A stretch of DNA of 64,000 bases from Mobula hypostoma. Taxonomy: Eukaryota. The notes below the pieces were generated by a model that worked only from the letters and a program-made list of their open reading frames with translations, made no database searches and was not told where the DNA came from. Made by a program: the position numbers and the translations under genes. The DNA lies in assembly GCF_963921235.1 (NCBI RefSeq), contig NC_086110.1, positions 13,082,001 through 13,146,000 of the forward strand, in the 5' to 3' direction. Positions 10,001-19,000 of the stretch are shown piece by piece; position 1 is the stretch's first letter, and every line of letters starts with the position of its first letter.

Positions 10001-13000
10001 GGGTTGCACGAACTAGTTGGGTCGTATGGCTCTGTTACAGTGGCGTGCAAATTTTGGGCACCCCGGTCAAATTTTCTGTTACTGTGAATAGTTAAGTGAG
10101 TAGAAGTGGAACTGATTTCCAAAAGTCATAAAGTTAAAGATGAAACATTCTTTTCAACATTTTAAGCAAAATTAGTGCATTTTTGGTCCAATTTTAGAGT
10201 GAAAGAAATGGAAAGGTGCACCATGCAAATGTTTACGGACCCCAAGAGATTTGAGCTCTCAGGTAACTTTTACCAAGGTCTCAGACCTGAATTAGCATGT
10301 TAGGGCTATGGCTTCTTCACAGTTATCGTTAGGAAAGACCAGGTGATGCAAATTTTAAAGCTTTATTAATATCCTGATTGCTGAAACCTTGTCCCAACAA
10401 TCAGAAGACATGAGCTCCTCTAAGCGGCTGCCTAGCACTCTGAAAATTAAAATAAATGATGCGCACAAAGCAGGAGAAAGCCAGCAAAGCGTTTTCCGGT
10501 AGCCGTTTCCTCAGTTCGTAATGTAATTAAGAAATGGCAGTTAACAGGAACGGTGGAGGTCAAGTTGAGGTCTGGAAGACCAAGAAAACTTTCCTAGAGA
10601 ACTGCTCGTCGGATTGCAAGAAAGGCAAATCAAAACCCCCGTTTGACTGTAAAAGACCTTCAGGAAGAATTAGCAGACTCTGGAGTGGTGGTGCACTGTT
10701 CTACCGTGCAGCGACACCTGCACAAATATGACCTTCATGGAAGAGTCATCGGAAGAAAACCTTTCCTGCATCCTCATCACAAAATTCAGCGTCAGAAGTT
10801 TGCAGAGGAACATCTAAACAAGCCTGATGCATTTTGCAAACAGGTCCTGTGGACTAATGAAGTTAAAATAGAACTTTTTGGCCGCAATGAACAAAAGTAT
10901 GTTTGGAGAAGAAAGTGTGCAGAATTTCATGAAATAAAAACACCTCTCCAACTGTTAAGCACGGGGGTGGATCGATCATTATGCTTTGGGCTTGTGTTGC
11001 AGCCAGTGGCACGAGGAGCAGTTCACTGTTAGAGGGAAGAATGAATTCAATTAAATACCAGCAAATTCTGGAAGCAAACATCACACCGTCTGTAAAAAAA
11101 CTGAAGGTGAAAAGAGGATGGATAATGATCCTAAACACACCTCAAAATCCACAATGGACTACCTTAAGAGGCGCAAGCTGAAGGTTTTGCCATGGCCCAC
11201 ACAGTCCCCCGACCTGAATATCATCGAAAATATGTGGATAGACCGGAAAAGAGCAATGCATGCAAGACGGCCCAGAAATCTCACAGAACTAGAAGCCTTT
11301 TGCAAGGAAGAATGGGCGAAAATTCCTCAAACAAGAATTGAAAGGCTCTTAGCTGGCTACAGAAAGCATTTACTAGCTGTGATACTTGCCAAAGGGGGTG
11401 TTACTATGTACTGACCATGCAGGATGCCCAAAATTTTGCTTCAGGCCCTGTTCCTTTTTTTGTTAATTTGAAATTGTAAAAGAAGGAAATAAAAAAAGTA
11501 ATCCTGCTTAAAATATTAAAGAAATGTGTGGACCTTTAACTTTATGCCTTTTGGAAATCAGGTCATCATTTACTCGATCACAGTAACAGACATTTTGTAC
11601 AGTAGTGCCCAAACACGTGCATGCCACTGTATATCTTCAAAGCAAATTCATATATTATTCATGGCAATCTCTCTGCTTTACCTGAGAATAGATAATGCAT
11701 TCTTCTTGTTGTCGATCTTTGCGAAATCCTTTATTCTCCCTTATATTTAGTGAAACATGGGGAGTGGTGTGATCAACCGCAGCTTGGTCAGCCTGTTGGA
11801 AAAACACACTTAATACTGATAACTGGTACAAGGTCAGTGATCATGAACTATTTGGTTTGGAATATCTAATAATAGAAAAGGATTTTATAAATGTTTGGAA
11901 TAATATTTTGTCCGCGTATTATGATATTGTCCGTATATCATACCGGAGGTGGGATGCCAAACCCATTTCAGGCTGGAAGTCACTAGGTTTACTTTAGATT
12001 TCCAAACAGCCACTTAAAACCATCCTTTCAATCGGATCGGTTTCTCAGGTCTGGCCATCATTTTTGTTTTCATCTCTTCTGTCATATCCCTTACGCGCTT
12101 CTAAGTTTTGTGGACGGGCTTTATCCGATGCGTTTCTCTTAGCACCCATTCAAATTACTATAATTATTGGCATGACGCGATTTCGTCCCCACGGTGCATT
12201 TAGAGGCTGTGACTCTTGAAACTCGCATTATCTAGGTTAAGGATATTGGAACAAGTGACAAGACCTGTTGTACGGTTCCAGCCTGGCTTAACTGAGGTAG
12301 CGAATACGGGAGGGGCATCTTGCCAGCTGTTGAGCTGATTGTTGTTGCTGGTGTATCAATTAAATTTCAATCGAAATAAGTAGAGCTGTTGGACATGCCC
12401 GTTACAGTAAATGGTTAAAATAGCATTCGTTCTGGCTGAAATAATGGCAGAGCATTCCAGAGCAATAAAGCGACGGTAAAAAAAATCTTAAACGTTATAG
12501 CTTCAGCTTATATATTACTCCCAGAAGCGGTTCTACATTTCGGGAAGTGCTACAAATGCTGATAGAAGTTTCAACGGAGTTCTACTATAATGAAGCCAGT
12601 GGGATATGACAACCTTGCTTTGGTGATGCGAAAAGTTGTTGCAGCAAATATCGTTAGGTAAAAGTAAATATATGCGCTACAATTGGGAAGGTAATTAATG
12701 AACACAAAAAAGTTGTTTCCCGTGTAGACAGATGGGTATATAACCGATAAAGGTTTAATATATGCTATCAGGAGGATCCAGGTGGGACACATTTATTAAC
12801 ATTGAACTGCTGGAACTTTGAAGTGAAACAGACAAATAAGACACACAGTAGATCAGGAAACACGAGAGGAAAGAGAAATAATCAACGGTTACGTTGCTTT
12901 CCGGGGAGAGGTGTTCAATCTGAAACGACAACATTTTCTCTTTCCCAAAATGTCGTTGGAGATTTTTAATTTCTGGATTAAATCCAAAATGGGAGATGAC

Positions 13001-16000
13001 AATACATTTAAATGTAGCAGGCATTTCTTTCAAAATTGAGGATGATAATCCTTCAGCGTAGCCTCGTGGAGTAGAAGGCGCCTGGTGGAATTTCCTTAAC
13101 ATGTGGGTATCATTGTGCACCAGATACTACACGTTTTATTGGAAGCATATTCGATTCCATTGCAGGTCATGCACTGTTCTGTGGATCTTTGTTGGGAATC
13201 GGTGTTAAAAACTCCATATGACTTTCCAAAGCAAGATTTCGTTGCATTTTCAATTTTGCTTGCTGTGCGTTCAGATCAGATGTAACATATATTGCGAAAT
13301 GCGTGTACTGTATTTTTCCATTGTGCACGACACAGCGATTCTCGTAAGCCGACATTTGACATCTAAAACATCTCAGTCTTAAACTTGTATTTAATTATTC
13401 GTCAAACGAAGCGTGATTAACAGCATAACTTCCATTAGTATACACTACCGTTCATCTTAATGCAACCGGTTATGAACTGATGTAGAATCCTGAAAGACGA
13501 TAGATTCAGATTCAATAGGAATATTCAAATCTATCTTGGATAAAACTGCAAAATAAAGAGTTGTCAGGTAGTTTTATTGTTCTCTACTGCGTTTCAAATG
13601 TTAGAACCAAGTAAATCTTCGGCGGGAGGACAAGATGGCGGCATGCAGTGCGTGCGCAGCTCTCTGGTGAAAAATGATATCGTATCTGTCAAATAGGGGC
13701 CATGGACAATTCTGATTTGATGGAGAATGGACGTGAAAGCACAGAGGAACATTCGCTGCTGTCGTTACTGTGTGGTCGTGAATCTTTCGGAGGGTAGGCC
13801 TCAAAATCCCCGACCTTGCCTGCTTTTGGCGACCGAGAAGGTGGTCGAAACGTTCGGGCAGATGTGGCGCTCAGTACTTGGTATCGTAGAGCTGATCAGA
13901 GCTCGAAGGTTTCGGATGACTCAGAGTCGGATTGTGGTCGGCATGGCAGGGAGAGTTTTTCTTCGTTCTCCCGTCTACGTGACATGTGGGACATTTGAGA
14001 AACCTTGAACTTTACTGTGCTCACGGACTTCATCAAGTTATGGTATTGTTGCACTGTTTGTAACTATATGCTATAATTATGTGGTTTTCTCAGTTTTTTC
14101 AGTCTTGGTTTGTCCTGTGTTTTGTAATATCACACCGGAGGAAATAATGTATCATTTCTTAATGCATGCATTACTAAATGACAATAAAAGAGGACTACTT
14201 GTCTTCATAATCATAAATTTGTCATATTTAAGGTACGTTTGATGTTAGGCCGGTAATTTTGACATCGGGAGTGGGTAAGTTATTAGAGGGAGTACTAAGA
14301 GACAGAATCTACAAGCATTTGGATAGACGGGGGCATATTTGGGAGAGTCAACATGGCTTTGTGCGTGGTAGGTCATGTTTGACCAATCTATTGGAGTTTT
14401 TCGAGGAGTTTACCAGGAAAGTGGATGAAGCGAAGGCAGTGGATGTTGTCTAAAGCCTCTGACAGGGTCCCGCATGGGAGGTTAGTTCGGAAAATTCAGT
14501 CGCTAAGTATACATGGAGAGGTGGTAAATTGGATTAGATATTGGCTCAATGGCAGAAGCCAAAGAGCAGTAGTAGAAAATTGCTTCTCAGAGTGGAGACC
14601 TGTGACTCGTGGTGCGCCACAGGGATCAGTGCTGGGTCCATTGTTATTTGTCATCTGTATCAATTATCTGGATGATAATGTGGTAAATTGGATTAGCAAA
14701 TTTACTGATTATACAAAGATTTGAGATGTACTAGACAGTGAGGAAGGTTTTCGGAGCCTGCAGAGGGACTTGGACCAGCCGGAAAAATGGGCTGAAAAAT
14801 GGCAGATAGAGTTTAATACAGACAAGTGTGAGGTATTGCACTTTGGAAGGACAAACCAAGGTAGAACATACAGGGTTAATGGTAAGGCACTGAGGCGTGC
14901 AGTAGAACAGAGGGATCTTGGAATACAGATACAAAATTCCCTAAAAGTGGCGTCACAGGTAGATAGGGTCGTAAAGAGAGCTTTTGGTACATTGGCCTTT
15001 ATTAATCAAAGTATTGAGTATAAGAGCTGGAATGCTATGATGAGGTTGTATAAGGCACTGGTAAGGCTGAATTTGGAGTATTGTGTTCAGTTTTGGTTAC
15101 CAAATTACAGGAAGGATATTAATAAGGTTGAAAGAGTGCAGAAAAGGTTTACAAGGATGTTGCCGGGACTTGAGAAACTGAGTTACAGACAAAGGTTGAA
15201 TAGATTAGGACTTTATTACCGAGAGCGTAGAAGAATGAGGGGAGATTTGATAGAGGTATATAAAATTATGATGGGTATAGATAGAGTGAATGCAAGCAGG
15301 CTTTTCCCACTGAGGCTAGGGGAGAAAAAAAAAACAGAGGACATGTGTCAAGGTTGAAGGGGGAAAAGTTTAAAGGGGGGCTTCTTCACACAGAGAGTGG
15401 TGGGAGTGTGGAATGAGCTGCCAGACGAGGTAGTAAATGCGGGTTATTTTTGAACATTTAAGAATAAATTGGACAGATACATGGGTGGGAGGTGTATGGA
15501 GGGATGTTGTCCGTGCGCAGGTCAGTGGGACTAGGCAGAAAATAATTCGGCAGAGCCAAGAAGGGCCAAAGGCCTGTTTCTGTGCTGTAGTTTTTCTATG
15601 GTTTCTGAGGTTTTCTATATCTCTGCTATACCTATATGCCGATCTCAAAGAAGTCAAGCCACTTCACTTACCAGCTCTTCACTCTGACATCTGTCCAAAG
15701 AACTTGTGTTAATCCCTTAAGAAAAATAAAAGAAATTATTTACATTGTAAAAGTTGGACATTATTCGTTTGATACAAATAGAATTCATCGCGTAAGAGGA
15801 ACTGCTGAAGGTATGGATCTTTCAGAAAACGTTTTGTGGTATTAGTTGTCTTAATACAGTGCATCAACATCATGGCACTATGCTCAAGAGTCTACGACAT
15901 TTAAAGAAGTCGTAAAGTGATAATAGTATATGAGTGGCTGTACTACATCTAAATACTGTCGTTAAAATGAAAATTAAAATCAATGAGACATGCATGAGCT

Positions 16001-19000
16001 CGTCAATGTTCTTTAAACAGTGACAGTAAACATAGACCTACGCCAAACTTCTTACGCTTCAAAGTATAGACCTGCCATTGTACCCAAAACGACATTTGAA
16101 GTACTTCAAAGGATATAACGGCATTTATGAACAAGATACAGCATATATATACAGCGAGTGGATTGGTGGAATTATTGTATATTAAGATCCAGCTTGTGTT
16201 GTGCCTGATGATTCTCAATGTAATCAGGTTCGACCATGTCAATCCCTGTCTAATCATGCTGTAATGACATTTATTCTTTTTGACGTGAAGTATCTTTCAC
16301 ACATCTATTTTGCACGAATAGAGGTGATATTTCTCAGCGATCAGGTTTCTTACCGTGCAATCTCTTTAACTTGACATTCACCAAAACAATTATTAGAGCT
16401 AAAATTGCCGATCCGCCCAGTGCACATGCCAGAATGAATTTAGTATCAGCGCCTTGTGGATCAACAGGGGGAAAACAAGAAACTGTGAAGCACTTATACA
16501 TCTAAAAAAATGCACTCATGAGAATCAATAATGCAAAATATCTCATGGGCTCCTTTCAAATCTCACTGCACAATATCGGAAAATATGTCATAAGACAGGA
16601 AATGCAAATGCCCACCTTTGTTATATTTCGATGAGATATAGAGTTTACGTTTTGCTTTCCACAATTTTGGCAAATGTTCAGATACTTACAAATACTGCAC
16701 AAATTGAATTTCTTAATTCGTCCTACACGATTTAAACTAACGGAATAACACAAGTTTTTGAACACCTTTCACGTTCAATACTCACTATCAATTACTAAGC
16801 TTTAAAGTTAGTCAGTCTTCCGTGTTTGGGTAGCTGTTCAGTTACTGTTCTTAACAAGGTCACATTGACCCCACCACAATGACTTGTAAGCGCTTTCATC
16901 TTACATTGAGCACAAAAGATTCTGAACATGCTGAAATTCAGAATAACACATAAAATCCTGGAAGAACTCAGCCGATCAGGCAGATCTAATATGTCGACGT
17001 TTACCGCCGAGATCCAACATCATGACTTCATCAAAACACCATCTTACCTTGGATGTAGCTGAAACTGGCAGACAACGTGAGGGAGCCATGCGACACCAGG
17101 CAGGTGTAAATATCTTTTCCCCAAGTAGACTGCGTAATTTCCAATAAACTAAGTACCTCATACAAGCCGTCCACGTTCCGGTTTGTCACATTTTCTATTC
17201 CAGTGTGAATTTGCTTGTTATTTCTTTGCCAAATGATTTCTAATTTCTCCGGGTAGAAGGCAGCCGTTTTACAAAGGAGCTTTCGAGGAGACGAAAACCC
17301 TCCAACAGGAACAATTTCCACTGGAGTTGGAGGAGCTTGAATCAAAAGATAGTTATATTGAGTATTTTCGATCCATTTCAGTACAGATAATTTCACTTAT
17401 CTCCCCTCCAACTAGCATGACGCTCAACTATCAAATCAGTTACCCGCCAGTATTAACCAGTATTTAATAAATTCTTCCAATTTCACGTTCTGCTTATTGT
17501 TGCTCAACCATACACACACACACTCCGATGCAAAATACGCCATGACGCCTCACCATTGCTTTATAAAGTCTGAATATTACATCCTTACTTTTATATTCTG
17601 GTCCTCTTGAAATGAATGCGATCATCGGATTTGCCTTCCTGGCCACAGACCCAACCTGCAAATTAACCTGTATGGAATACTGCACACGGACTCCCAAGTC
17701 CCTTTGCACCTGAATGTTATTTTTTTTGTGTTTTCTCTCCAGTTGGAAAATATTCAAAACTTTCACACCCTCCACCAAACTGCATGCCCGCACACCTCTC
17801 GATACTGTATTCCATCTGCCATTTCTTTGCCTGTCCTCCTAATCTGTCTCAGTCTTTCTGTAGTCTCTCTATTTCCTAAAACTACCTGCCCGTCCACCTC
17901 TCTTCAAATCGTCTGCAAGCTTTGCAACAAAGCCATCAATTCCACCATCCATATCATTGACTAATCACATTAAACGAATCAGTCACTGCACAGACCCCTG
18001 TGGAACACAGTTCGCACGGGAAGCCAACCAGAAAATGCTCCCTTTATTTCCATTCTTTGTCACTTACCAACCAGCCACTGCTTTATCCACCCTAGTATCT
18101 TTCTTGTTATACTTTGGGCTCGTAGCTTGTTTAACAGCCTTGTGTGTGGTACCTTGTCAAAGGCTTTCTGTAAATCCAAGTACACAGCAATCGATTCTGC
18201 TTATCTTTATCTATCCTGCTTTTTATTCCTTCAAATAATTCAATCAGATTTGTCTGGCGAGAGTTTCCTTTGAGGATATCATGCTGACAATGGCGTGTTT
18301 TGTTATGTGTCTCCAAGTAATCTAATACCTGATCCTTAATGATGGATTCCAACATCTTGACAACCAGTGAGGTCAGACTGACTGGTCTATAGTTTCCCTT
18401 TTCTGCCTCTCTGCTTTCTTGAAGAGTGGAGTGACATTTGTAATTTTCCAGTCTTCCAGAACCATTCCAGAATCGTAATTCTTGAAAGACCTTTACTAAT
18501 GCCTCCACAATCTATCAGCAACTTTTATCAGAATCATGGTATGTACATCATCTGGTCTAGGTGAATTACCTACTTTCAGAACTTTCAGTTTCCCAAGAAC
18601 TTGCACTCCAATTATGTCTCTAGTTTTGCTGTTGTTCAAGATAGACTCTCGGAATAAACCGGAATAATATAGACTAGTTGGTATTACAGTGAAGTGGGTA
18701 ATTTATTGGAAGATATTCGAAAGAATAGGATAGATAAATATTGAGATAGACTGGGCTTGTTTGGGAATAAGCAACATTATTTTGTGCAATGTAGGCTCTG
18801 TCTAACCAATCTTAATGAACTTTTCGAGCGGGTTACCATGGACCTTGATGAAGGATAACAGTGTATATGGTCAATATGGATTTTAGCAAGAGCTTTGGAA
18901 AAGTTCTGCATGGGGGTGGTGGGCTGATCAAGTACGTTCGCTTGGAATTCAGGATGAAGGAGTAAGTTGTGTCTAACTTTGGCTTCGCGGGAGAAGCCAG

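Noticed and set aside
16003-16257. Hydrophobic ORF as a candidate TM exon (also 12571-12792 and 12755-13120)
   Set aside because: No phase-compatible splice sites. The true TM exon is 16354-16452.
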